Part shown: piece after piece, positions 40,167 to 49,191 of the stretch
Position numbering within the stretch: the stretch's first letter is position 1
Layout of the letters: each line of letters begins with the position of its first letter
NCBI GenBank assembly: GCA_903932425.1
Contig: CAIZGG010000282.1
Location: 4,049-68,048, forward strand
DNA length: 64,000 nt
DNA from: an uncultured beta proteobacterium
Lineage (GTDB): Bacteria; Pseudomonadota; Gammaproteobacteria; Burkholderiales; Burkholderiaceae_B
Direction: 5' to 3'
Notes under the pieces: generated by a model
What the model was told of the DNA's origin: nothing
Database searches by the model: none
The model's input: the letters and a program-made list of their open reading frames with translations, nothing else
Made by a program: the position numbers and the translations under genes

Positions 40167-41422
40167 GCTTGGCTCGCACGTGCAAGCATGGCATGCAACA
40201 ACACATTACAACCGGCCTCTAGGTGTTCGGCTTTCGCGTCTTCGATTTCGTTGTGACTGATCCCGTCTTTGCAAGGTACAAAAATCATCGCAGTTGGCGC
40301 CACGCGCGCCATATAGACTGCATCGTGCCCCGCGCCGCTTACGACATCCATTTCTGAGAGCCCAATCGTTTGTGCGCCCGAGCGCACGGCGTTCACCAAC
40401 TCTTGGGCAAAGGCCGCCGGAGGAAAATACACCACTTGCGTCACGGTGATACTAACCTTGCCTTGCTTGGCGATCACTTGCGCTTGTGCGTTGAGCTTGT
40501 CGACCATCGCGGTTAAGGTGGCGTCTGAGTCGGCCCGAAGGTCAACCGACATTTTGACTGATCCGGGGATGACGTTGCGTGAATTCGGGTATACGTCAAG
40601 CATACCGACCGTGCCGCGTGCGTTTGGAGCATGATCAAGCGCGAGTTCGTGAATCAGTTGCACCACATGCGAGGCCGCCAGCAAGGCGTCATGGCGTAAG
40701 GGCATTGGGGTAGGGCCTGCGTGGGCTTCAGAGCCTGTAATCACAACATCAAACCAGCGTTGGCCCAACGCGCCGGTAACCACGCCAATGGTGATGTCGT
40801 GGGCCTCAAGCACGGGGCCTTGTTCAATATGAGCCTCAAAATAGGCACCAATCCCTTTGGGGCTGACTGAATCCTGGCCAGCATAGCCAATTGAATTCAA
40901 GGCTTGCCCAACCGTGATGCCGTCGCGATCTTTTTGAGCCAAGATAAAGTCTTTATCGAATTCGCCAATAAAGGCGCCTGAACCCATCATCACAGGGACG
41001 AAGCGCGAGCCTTCTTCGTTTGTCCAGACGACCACTTCAAGTGGAGCCTTGGTGGTGACGCCTGCATCATTCAGTGTTTTGAAAACCTCAAGGCCTGCTA
41101 AAACCCCATAGTTGCCGTCAAATTTGCCACCGGTCGGTTGAGTGTCGATATGGCTGCCCGTCATCACTGCTGGTAAGCTGTTGTCGAGCCCAGCGCGTCG
41201 GGCAAAGATATTGCCAACGCTGTCGATGCGAATTGAACAGCCTGCCGCTTTGGCCTGTGCCACAAAAAAATCACGCCCTTGACGGTCAAGGTCGGTCAAC
41301 GCTAGTCGGCAGACGCCCCCTTTGGGCGTTGCGCCGATTTGGGCGAGCTCCATCAAACTGTTCCAGAGGCGCGGGCCGTCAATGCGCAGCGCAGCATGTG
41401 GCATTAAAGAAACAGTAGACAT
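40163..41422 (-). CDS. M20-family Zn hydrolase (N-carbamoyl-amino-acid hydrolase/beta-ureidopropionase-like)
   Basis: GSHIDTQPTGGKFDG, NEEGSRF, HIEQGP, HAGPTPM, GAGHDA, GISHNE. Confidence 0.9.
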   Translation of the reverse strand: MSTVSLMPHAALRIDGPRLWNSLMELAQIGATPKGGVCRLALTDLDRQGRDFFVAQAKAAGCSIRIDSVGNIFARRAGLDNSLPAVMTGSHIDTQPTGGKFDGNYGVLAGLEVFKTLNDAGVTTKAPLEVVVWTNEEGSRFVPVMMGSGAFIGEFDKDFILAQKDRDGITVGQALNSIGYAGQDSVSPKGIGAYFEAHIEQGPVLEAHDITIGVVTGALGQRWFDVVITGSEAHAGPTPMPLRHDALLAASHVVQLIHELALDHAPNARGTVGMLDVYPNSRNVIPGSVKMSVDLRADSDATLTAMVDKLNAQAQVIAKQGKVSITVTQVVYFPPAAFAQELVNAVRSGAQTIGLSEMDVVSGAGHDAVYMARVAPTAMIFVPCKDGISHNEIEDAKAEHLEAGCNVLLHAMLARASQA

Positions 41423-41474
41423 CCAAAAACTCCGAAGATAAGGTGAGTGAATCAGGTAACCTAGCGAATATATG

Positions 41475-41562
41475 TAATAGTGCCTGAAATTAGTTGCAGT
41501 CGTGCCTGACTTTAATCTTAATAGTGCCTGAAAGTACTTTGCTGAGCGCCCGAATTTAATCT
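41475..41562. repeat. Direct-repeat array, 4 x 22 bp (2 x 44 bp), in a divergent promoter
   Basis: GTGCCTGA at 41480, 41502 and 41524, and GCGCCCGA at 41546. TAATAGTGCCTGAAA is exact twice, as is TTTAATCT. Confidence 0.85.
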
Positions 41563-41580
41563 GATAAGGTTCAACCAAAC

Positions 41581-43032
41581 ATGAAACTCGATGCGATCTC
41601 GCACCGCAATCGCAATACCAAAATTGTAGCGACTCTGGGCCCGGCCAGTAGCGAGCCCGCCATGATTCGGCGTTTGTTTGATGCGGGTGTGGATGTGTTT
41701 CGTCTGAACTTTAGCCACGGCACCCACGCTGACCACAAGTTGCGCTACGACGCGATTCGTCAGATTGAGGCCGATGTGGGCCGCCCAGTCGGTATCTTGC
41801 TCGATTTGCAAGGGCCAAAGCTGCGGGTCGGCAAGATTGTGGGTGGCAAACAGTCGCTCGAAGCCGGCCAAAGGCTGCGGTTCGACTTGGACCCCACCCC
41901 CGGCGAGAACGGGCGGGTGCCACTGCTGCACCCAGAAATTTTTGCCGCGATTAAACCTGGCGATGATTTGTTAATTGACGATGGCAAAGTGCGCGTGCGC
42001 GTCTTGAGTTGTGATCCCACTCATGCCAACGTTGAGGTAATCAACGCAGGCGTGATTTCAGATCGCAAAGGGGTGAATGTGCCTGGGGCGATTTTGCCTT
42101 TGTCCCCGATCACGACCAAAGACCGCGAAGACCTAGAGTTTGGTTTGAGTATTGGGGTCGATTGGGTGGCGCTTTCTTTTGTGCAGCGCCCCGAAGACAT
42201 TGCCGAGCTCAGAGGGCTGGTTCAAGATCGCGCCTGGGTGATGGCCAAGCTTGAAAAGCCTTCTGCGATTGATTCGCTTGAGGCGATCGTGGCTGCCTCA
42301 GATGGTGTGATGGTTGCACGCGGTGATCTCGGTGTTGAGTTACCTCCTGAAGAAGTACCTGTCTTGCAAAAACGCATTGTGCGCGTCTGTCGCGAAGCGG
42401 GTAAACCAGTGATCGTGGCCACGCAAATGCTTGAATCAATGATTGCCTCGCCTGTACCGACCCGCGCCGAGGTCAGCGACGTGGCCACCGCCGTGTATGA
42501 CGGTGTTGATGCGGTCATGCTGTCAGCCGAGTCGGCTTCGGGGGCGTATCCGATCGAAGCGGTCAATATGATGGACCGTATCCTTCAGAGCACTGAGCGT
42601 GACCCTATTCAGCGCTTGACGATGGACGCGACCTTTCGCCGCCGTCACCGCGATGCCCGCGATGCGATCTCTGCAGCAATTCGCACTGTGGCAGAGACCT
42701 TACCGGTTGCGGCCACCGTTGCTTACACATCCTCGGGGTCGACAACGCTGCGGGTTGCGCACGAACGACCACGCGCACCGATTCTGAGTATGACGCCTAA
42801 CACCGCAGCGGCGCGACGTTTATCGCTCGTCTGGGGTGTGCATTCGATTCAGGCGGCCGACGTGCAAAACACAGAAGACATTGTGTTGCGCGCCACGCAA
42901 GCCGCTGAAAAAAATGGCTTTGGTCGGCCCGGCGAGGCCTTGTTGATTATTGCAGGCACGCCTTTTGGTGTGTCTGGTACGACGAACTTGTTGCGCATCG
43001 CTTGGATTGGCGATACGCCGGCGGCGGCCTGA
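41581..43032 (+). CDS. pyk: Pyruvate kinase
   Basis: TKIVATLGPAS, RLNFSHG, DLQGPK, MVARGDLGVE, ATQMLESM, MLSAESA. Confidence 0.97.
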   Translation: MKLDAISHRNRNTKIVATLGPASSEPAMIRRLFDAGVDVFRLNFSHGTHADHKLRYDAIRQIEADVGRPVGILLDLQGPKLRVGKIVGGKQSLEAGQRLRFDLDPTPGENGRVPLLHPEIFAAIKPGDDLLIDDGKVRVRVLSCDPTHANVEVINAGVISDRKGVNVPGAILPLSPITTKDREDLEFGLSIGVDWVALSFVQRPEDIAELRGLVQDRAWVMAKLEKPSAIDSLEAIVAASDGVMVARGDLGVELPPEEVPVLQKRIVRVCREAGKPVIVATQMLESMIASPVPTRAEVSDVATAVYDGVDAVMLSAESASGAYPIEAVNMMDRILQSTERDPIQRLTMDATFRRRHRDARDAISAAIRTVAETLPVAATVAYTSSGSTTLRVAHERPRAPILSMTPNTAAARRLSLVWGVHSIQAADVQNTEDIVLRATQAAEKNGFGRPGEALLIIAGTPFGVSGTTNLLRIAWIGDTPAAA

Positions 43033-43079
43033 TCCGCTACACTCAAGAAAAATATTCAAAATAAATTGGCAGGAGACAA

Positions 43080-44288
43080 ATGATGGCCCATGCAGGTGTG
43101 CGTTTTGGTATCTTTTTAGCGCCGTTTCATCAACTCGGTGATAATCCCACGCTGGCGTTAGAACGCGATCTTGAGTTGATCGAATGGCTTGATCACTTAG
43201 GCTATGACGAGGCCTGGATCGGCGAGCATCACTCGGCCGGCTGGGAGATCATCGCTTCGCCTGAAATTTTCATCGCGGCTGCGGCACAGCGAACCAAGCG
43301 AATCATGCTTGGTTCGGGCGTCACAAGTTTGCCCTATCACCATCCATTTTTGGTGGCACAGCGCTTCGTGCAGCTTGATCATATGACCCGTGGTCGGGTG
43401 ATGCTAGGTTGTGGCCCAGGTGCGCTAGTGTCCGATGCCTACATGATGGGTATCGAGGCAGAAAAACAACGCACGATGATGGATGAGTCTTTGGGTGCCA
43501 TCATGCGTTTGCTTGAAGGCAAAGAGCCCGTCACGTTGAAGACTGACTGGTTTGAATTAAAAGAGGCGCGTTTGCATCTTGCCCCTTATACCAAAGGCTG
43601 TTTTCCGATCGCGGTTGCGACCTCAACGACACCGTCGGGTGTGCTGACGGCAGGTAAATACGGCGTTGGCATGCTGTCGCTCGGTGCCGGGTTACCTGGT
43701 GGCCCACAAAAGCTTGCCGAACAATGGAAGCTCGGTGAAGAGCAGGCTGCAAAGTTTGGCAAAACCATGAATCGCGATGACTGGCGTCTGGTTGTCAATA
43801 TTCACGTTGCCGAAGACGACGAAACTGCCATGCGTGAGGTGCGTGCACGTGAGCGTGTTGAAACGTTGAGCTACTTCAGTGAAACACTCGGGCGCCCACC
43901 GATGCGCAGCGAAGATCCGCTGGGCGATGGCTTGAAGGCGGGCACGACGATCGTGGGCTCTCCTGAAACCGTGGCAAATGGTATTGCCCGTTTACTCGAG
44001 TTCACCGGCGGTGGTGCTGGCGCGGTCATGTTCAGATCGCACGAGTGGGCCACGCGCGAACAAATTATGCGTAGTTACGAACTCTTTGCCCGTTGGGTGA
44101 TGCCTAAGTTTCAAGGCAGTATGGATTCGTTGTACGCCTCACGCCAGTGGGTCAGTGAAAACCGTAGCGGTATTTTTGGCCCGCATATGGGGGCGATGCG
44201 TAAGGCGTTTACTGACGCAGGGCAAGAGGTGCCCGATCATATGCGCTTGAAATTGCACACCGGTCCGACACCATTGGTGGAAAAATAA
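43080..44288 (+). CDS. Luciferase-like (LLM) flavin-dependent monooxygenase, LimB-like
   Basis: FGIFLAPFH, WIGEHHSAGWE, GVTSLPYHHP, QLDHMTRGR, GALVSDA. Confidence 0.85.
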   Translation: MMAHAGVRFGIFLAPFHQLGDNPTLALERDLELIEWLDHLGYDEAWIGEHHSAGWEIIASPEIFIAAAAQRTKRIMLGSGVTSLPYHHPFLVAQRFVQLDHMTRGRVMLGCGPGALVSDAYMMGIEAEKQRTMMDESLGAIMRLLEGKEPVTLKTDWFELKEARLHLAPYTKGCFPIAVATSTTPSGVLTAGKYGVGMLSLGAGLPGGPQKLAEQWKLGEEQAAKFGKTMNRDDWRLVVNIHVAEDDETAMREVRARERVETLSYFSETLGRPPMRSEDPLGDGLKAGTTIVGSPETVANGIARLLEFTGGGAGAVMFRSHEWATREQIMRSYELFARWVMPKFQGSMDSLYASRQWVSENRSGIFGPHMGAMRKAFTDAGQEVPDHMRLKLHTGPTPLVEK

Positions 44289-44289
44289 G

Positions 44290-45048
44290 ATGTGTGATCA
44301 CGGCAAAGGCGCTTTTTGTGGTTGGAAGGGTTGGAGCAAGGTGCCAACCCCACAGGCTGGCGGCGGCAGCGGCCCTTGGATTGACCTGACCCATCGGCTG
44401 ACTGAAGACTTGTCTCGCGCCTCGATTTTTCCGCAACCGCGGATCCGGCAGATCGTCAAAATGCCCGAGAGCCCACTGAATATCACTGAGATTCACATGG
44501 TGGCGCATCACGGCACACATGTGGATGCACCCCGACACTTTTTAAGTGATGGCCCGTGCTTCGATGAGATCCCGCTTGATCGTCTGTATGGCCCCGGTGT
44601 GGTTTGGCGTATTGAAAAAGGCCCTCTTGAACTGATCGAACCGTCTGACTTTGAGGCGGCTCGGCCCCGCGTGCAGCCAGGCGATATCGTATTGCTGGAT
44701 ACCGGTTGGGCACAACACGTGAACACCGAATATTACGAAGACCACCCAAGCTTAAGCGCCGCAGCGGCGCAATGGTTAGTGGATCATGGGGTGAAGTTGC
44801 TTGGTGTTGACTTTAGTACGCCTGATCTCACCATTCATAAGCGTCCCGTTGATTTTGATTGGCCGGTGCATCACATCTTGTTGGCGCATGGGGTACTGGT
44901 GGCAGAGCACCTGACCAACTTACGAAGCTTGGCGAATCAACGCGCAGAAATATTGTTTATGGCGTTGCCTTTGGCGGGCTCGGATGGTGCACCGGCGCGT
45001 GCCGTTGCTCGGCCATTTACCGACGGGCATGCATCGCTTATAACCTGA
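44290..45048 (+). CDS. Cyclase family metal-dependent hydrolase (kynurenine formamidase-like)
   Basis: HHGTHVDAPRHF, VAEHL, DGAPARA. Confidence 0.88.
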   Translation: MCDHGKGAFCGWKGWSKVPTPQAGGGSGPWIDLTHRLTEDLSRASIFPQPRIRQIVKMPESPLNITEIHMVAHHGTHVDAPRHFLSDGPCFDEIPLDRLYGPGVVWRIEKGPLELIEPSDFEAARPRVQPGDIVLLDTGWAQHVNTEYYEDHPSLSAAAAQWLVDHGVKLLGVDFSTPDLTIHKRPVDFDWPVHHILLAHGVLVAEHLTNLRSLANQRAEILFMALPLAGSDGAPARAVARPFTDGHASLIT

Positions 45049-45826
45049 GCGAAGCCTCTTGCTTAGCCAAGACCGACTCTTGGCGAATCAGGTCTAGTAC
45101 GTGGCGCTTGATATCGTTAAAGCCGGCTGAGGTGATGTCGCGGGGGCGGTCTAAGTCAATGGAAATAGTTTCGCGAATCTTGCCCGGGCGGTGTGTCATG
45201 ACGACCACTTGTGTACCCAAAATCAAGGCCTCATCGACGCTGTGGGTGACAAAGACAATCGTGCTGCTGTAACGCTGCCAGATCGTCACGAGCTCTTCTT
45301 GCATATCGAGCTTTGTCTGCGCATCGAGCGCGGCAAACGGTTCGTCCATTAAGACAACGGCCGGGTTTTGCAGCAGTGCACGCGCAATACCCACGCGTTG
45401 AGCCATGCCGCCTGAAAGCTCTCCGGGCAGATGATTTTCAAACCCATTGAGCTTGACCGCCTCGATAAAAGGTTGAGCCGCGGCTTGCCTGTCTTTTTTG
45501 CTTAAACCCTTTAGCTTTAGCGCAAAGGCCACGTTATCCCAAACCGGTAACCACGGCATCAAGTTCGGTTGCTGAAAGACCATACCGCGATCGGCACCAG
45601 GGCCCGTGATGAGTTTGCCATCGACTTTCACCTCGCCTGAGGTCGGCTTTTCAAAGCCCGCAATCATGTTGAGTAAAGTCGATTTACCGCAGCCGCTGGG
45701 GCCAAGCAGGCAGACAAGCTCTTTCTTTTCAACGGAAAGGTCTATGTGGTCAATCGCCAACATGTCAGTGCCACGCTGGGGGTCTTTAAAGACCTTGACG
45801 ATATTATTGAGTTCAATAAATGACAT
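45038..45826 (-). CDS. NitT/TauT-family ABC transporter ATPase
   Basis: GPSGCGKST, LSGGMAQR, LMDEPFAALD, VTH. Confidence 0.93.
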   Translation of the reverse strand: MSFIELNNIVKVFKDPQRGTDMLAIDHIDLSVEKKELVCLLGPSGCGKSTLLNMIAGFEKPTSGEVKVDGKLITGPGADRGMVFQQPNLMPWLPVWDNVAFALKLKGLSKKDRQAAAQPFIEAVKLNGFENHLPGELSGGMAQRVGIARALLQNPAVVLMDEPFAALDAQTKLDMQEELVTIWQRYSSTIVFVTHSVDEALILGTQVVVMTHRPGKIRETISIDLDRPRDITSAGFNDIKRHVLDLIRQESVLAKQEASLRL

Positions 45827-45835
45827 AAAAGTTGC

Positions 45836-46654
45836 TTAAGCCCGTGACCCTTGCACTGTACCGGCATGTTGCCAGCGCAGCAGGCGACTCATGATCGACT
45901 TGATCAATAAATCGGTTAAAAATCCCAGCAAACCGATGCTGATCATGCTGGCAATCACCAGGTCGTAGCGTAGAAAATAATACGAATCCCAAAGCGAATA
46001 TCCCAAACCACTTTTGACTGCGACCATTTCGGCCGTCACGGTCAACATCCACGCGGTACCGACTCCGATGCGCAAGCCTGCAAAAATGCTGGGCATTGCA
46101 GCAGGAAGCACGACAAAGCGTAAAAGTTGCGCTTCGTTTGCACCAGCCATCGCTGCTGCGCGCAATAAATCACGGTTGACGGTTTTGACGCCGTGAATCG
46201 TATTCATCAAAATCGGAAAAAACGAACCTAAAAAAACCAGAAAGATGGCGGGCTTGTTCGCAATCCCAAACCAGATAATCGCAAGCGGTATCCATGACAC
46301 TGGCGGAATCGGGCGCAACATCTGTAGCGTTGGTTCGATCGTTTTCTCGACCCAGCGCCACCAGCCAATTGAAACGCCCAGCGTCACGCCAAGCACTGCG
46401 GCAAGTGAGTAGCCAGCAAAGACACGAGTGCTACTTGCCAGCGCATCGCCAAGCCAACGGCCCGAGATATCTTGCGCAGACTCATCAAATCCAAAAATCC
46501 AGTCGCCCCAGGTCATAAAGACCCGCGACGGTGCTGGTAACAAAGCAGGGGGCAGGTAGCCGATTCTGGCCAAGAACTCCCAGAGCGCCAGCAAAAATAC
46601 GGGTACTGCAAAGCGAGCCCGTTGCCCCCAAATATCTGACCACAGCGAGCTCAC
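45836..46654 (-). CDS. NitT/TauT-family ABC permease (start uncertain)
   Basis: LRPIPPVSWIPL, PAAMPSIF, AEM..SGLG. Confidence 0.9.
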   Translation of the reverse strand: MSSLWSDIWGQRARFAVPVFLLALWEFLARIGYLPPALLPAPSRVFMTWGDWIFGFDESAQDISGRWLGDALASSTRVFAGYSLAAVLGVTLGVSIGWWRWVEKTIEPTLQMLRPIPPVSWIPLAIIWFGIANKPAIFLVFLGSFFPILMNTIHGVKTVNRDLLRAAAMAGANEAQLLRFVVLPAAMPSIFAGLRIGVGTAWMLTVTAEMVAVKSGLGYSLWDSYYFLRYDLVIASMISIGLLGFLTDLLIKSIMSRLLRWQHAGTVQGSRA

Positions 46655-46759
46655 CGCGAAACCACGCGATCGTTGTGAGCCAGTTGTGTCATCGGTATTG
46701 ATTGGTTCATTGCTGAAGTACCCTAAAATTTAAGCGTGGTTGCTGAGGCGTGGCGTGCG

Positions 46760-47803
46760 TTAAAAACCAAGTTCTTTCGGCGTCTTGCCTGTCACCGCCG
46801 TCAAAAATGTGTAGTTCATATTTTTGTCGATGTCGGCTGTCACGTCGCGCGAAATGTATTTAAGGTCGCGCATCATGTCTGCAATTGCTAGCGTGGCACC
46901 ACGGTACATGGTGTAGTCAGGATAGGCGTTTTGCAACGCCTCAGTGGCGATTGCGCGCTCAAGGCCAGTTCCTTTGACGATGCTATCGACCCAGGCTTGC
47001 TTGTCTTTATTTAACTGATCAACAAGTGCCACGACCGCTGCAACCGTTTGTTTAACGGCTTCTGGCTGACTTTTGACAACGTCAGAGCGGGTCACAATGA
47101 GGTTTGTCAGTTTGCCCGCCGCTTGATCGTACGGAAAATTAAAGTGTTTGCCGACCCCGCCCAAGCGGATTTGTGACGCAAAAGGTTCTACCGTACCGAT
47201 CAGTTCTATTTCACCACGCTGCAAGGCCGAGTTATGGTCAGCGGGGTTCGGGATGTTGACAAACTGCACGTCGCGGGTGGGGTTGATGCCATTTTTTAAG
47301 AGTTCGCCGCGCATGTGCAGGTCTTGCGCGTTGCCGCGTGATGCCGCAATGCGGAACGGTTTACCTTGCGCTTTGTAGTCGGCGATGATTTTTTTCAACC
47401 CCGCCCAGTCATTGGCCGCCAGCGGAAAGTCTTTTGCGACGATGAGCTCTGAGCCACCGTTCACCTGGCCTGAAATAGCGACCAAATCCATCCCTTTATC
47501 TAAGCCTGTCACAAAATGCAGATAAGTGACCTGAGCAATATCGACGCTTTTAGAGACTAGCGCTGTCAGCGCGTCGTTGCCCGAGGTAAAGTTGATTGCT
47601 TCAATTTCTACCCCTTTAGCCAGACCTGGCACCATTGCCATCGAGAGGCAGTGCGCGCATTTTGCGTAGGCCATTTTTATTTTTGGAGTGGCTTGCGCCA
47701 TCGCCTCGAAGGGCAACGCAAACATCAATAGCAAAGTTGTAACGCCGACTGCGCGCAGCCAAACGCTTTTGAGCGGACGTGAAAGTAGTGAGATGTGATC
47801 CAT
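46760..47803 (-). CDS. NitT/TauT-family ABC substrate-binding protein
   Basis: Signal peptide (AMA-Q), FTSGND, EPF; first gene of the ABC operon. Confidence 0.85.
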   Translation of the reverse strand: MDHISLLSRPLKSVWLRAVGVTTLLLMFALPFEAMAQATPKIKMAYAKCAHCLSMAMVPGLAKGVEIEAINFTSGNDALTALVSKSVDIAQVTYLHFVTGLDKGMDLVAISGQVNGGSELIVAKDFPLAANDWAGLKKIIADYKAQGKPFRIAASRGNAQDLHMRGELLKNGINPTRDVQFVNIPNPADHNSALQRGEIELIGTVEPFASQIRLGGVGKHFNFPYDQAAGKLTNLIVTRSDVVKSQPEAVKQTVAAVVALVDQLNKDKQAWVDSIVKGTGLERAIATEALQNAYPDYTMYRGATLAIADMMRDLKYISRDVTADIDKNMNYTFLTAVTGKTPKELGF

Positions 47804-47845
47804 AAAAACTCCTTGTGAGCGATGCGAACGAAGTGCTTTTAATCA

Positions 47846-47861
47846 AGCAAGATATGTGCCA
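47846..47861 (-). promoter_or_regulatory. Sigma54 (-24/-12) promoter
   Basis: Minus strand reads TGGCACATATCTTGCT (GG-N10-GC), about 42 bp upstream of the SBP start codon. Confidence 0.75.
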
Positions 47862-47934
47862 CGGATTTGCTACAACTGCGGTAAAGAATAGTTTTATTTA
47901 TTTTGCGCCGCGTTCACGCGATATCGATCCCCGA

Positions 47935-47951
47935 TGCCTTCATTTGGTGCG
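47935..47951. promoter_or_regulatory. Putative NtrC-type enhancer site
   Basis: TGCCTTCATTTGGTGCG versus the consensus TGCACCA-N3-TGGTGCA, about 75 bp beyond the sigma54 site, with an AT-rich tract between them. Confidence 0.5.
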
Positions 47952-48021
47952 TATCTCGATTGCCTAGAGTCAGGCTGTCAGGCAATATGGTACCTAATCC
48001 CAACTTTTTGGAGTTTTCGTT

Positions 48022-49038
48022 ATGGATCTGAGCCGTTTCCCACGTCGCCGTTATTCGCAAGGGCCTTCTCCCATCGAGTTTTTGCCTAACTTCACCAAGG
48101 CTTTAGGCGGGCCGCGGGTCTGGATCAAGCGTGACGACATGCTGGGTCTGGCGCCTGGCGGTAATAAAACCCGTAAGCTCGAGTTTTTGATGGGCGACGC
48201 GCTCGCAAAGGGGGCAGATACGCTCGTGACCTGCGGCGCGCCTCAGTCCAATCACTGCCGTATCACGTTAGCCGCCGCCGTAAAAGAAGGCCTGAAGTGT
48301 CGTTTTGTGATCGAAGAGCGCGTACCGGGTAGCTATAAATTTGATGCCACAGGTAATCAGTTTATGTTTCGCTTGCTGGGCGTTGAAGCGGTGACTGTCG
48401 TGCCGGGTGGCAGCAATATGGCCGAAGCGATGGAGAAAGTCGCACAAGAGGTGCGTGCCAGCGGTGGCAAGCCGTACATCATTCCAGGTGGTGGCTCGAA
48501 CGCGATTGGTGGCTTGGGCTACGTCGCCTGCGCCCAAGAGCTTCAGCAGCAGCTGTTGCAGATGGGGCAGCCCATGGATCATTTTGTCGTAGGTTCCGGC
48601 AGTTCCGGAACACATGGCGGTCTGGTGGCGGGTTTTCTTGGCAACAATATCCAAATCCCACTGGTCGGCATTGGCGTGAGCCGCGATCCTTCAGATCAAA
48701 ACCCCTTGGTGCACAAAGAGGCGCAGGCGATTTTGGATTTGCTTGGAGTCAAAATTCAGGTGCCAAGCGAAGCTGTGCTGAGTTTTGGTGATTGGTGGCG
48801 TCCGAAGTATTCGGTGCCGAATCCCGCGATGGTTGAGGCCGTGCAGATGCTAGCGCGTACCGAGGCGATTTTGCTTGATCCGGTTTACACCGGCAAGATC
48901 ATGGCAGGGCTCATCGGTTTGAGCCGCAAGGGTTATTTCAAGCCTACCGATAACGTGCTGTTTTTACATACGGGTGGTGCGACCGCGCTTCATGCCTATG
49001 AGTCTGTGGTGCTCGGTGATCCTGCCGACGCCGCGTAA
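48022..49038 (+). CDS. dcyD: D-cysteine desulfhydrase (PLP)
   Basis: IKRDD, GGNKTRKL, QSNH, LDPVYTGK and HTGG. ACC deaminase would have YEGK and HLGG. Confidence 0.85.
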   Translation: MDLSRFPRRRYSQGPSPIEFLPNFTKALGGPRVWIKRDDMLGLAPGGNKTRKLEFLMGDALAKGADTLVTCGAPQSNHCRITLAAAVKEGLKCRFVIEERVPGSYKFDATGNQFMFRLLGVEAVTVVPGGSNMAEAMEKVAQEVRASGGKPYIIPGGGSNAIGGLGYVACAQELQQQLLQMGQPMDHFVVGSGSSGTHGGLVAGFLGNNIQIPLVGIGVSRDPSDQNPLVHKEAQAILDLLGVKIQVPSEAVLSFGDWWRPKYSVPNPAMVEAVQMLARTEAILLDPVYTGKIMAGLIGLSRKGYFKPTDNVLFLHTGGATALHAYESVVLGDPADAA

Positions 49039-49191
49039 GCCGTTTCGCTTCAGTTGTTGGGATTAGAGGCGCCTCATAGATTGCTTGACGCGGGCTCAGC
49101 TGACCAGCTAAGCCCGTGGCAGGCAATCAGGTATGGCCTGATGCGAATTTTGTAAAAATAAAAAATAAATATATCCGGAGATAAAAAAAAT

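Noticed and set aside
36343-41562. The two repeat arrays as CRISPR or plasmid iterons
   Set aside because: The units are contiguous 21-22-mers with no unique spacers of CRISPR length, there are no cas or rep genes, and the context is chromosomal.
46654-46710. Possible extra frameshift at the 5' end of the ABC permease (out-of-frame upstream ATG)
   Set aside because: The GTG start at 46654 already gives a complete-looking permease; this cannot be decided without homologue alignment.
48022-49038. ACC deaminase
   Set aside because: The diagnostic residues are Thr/Thr (YTGK, HTGG) rather than Glu/Leu.
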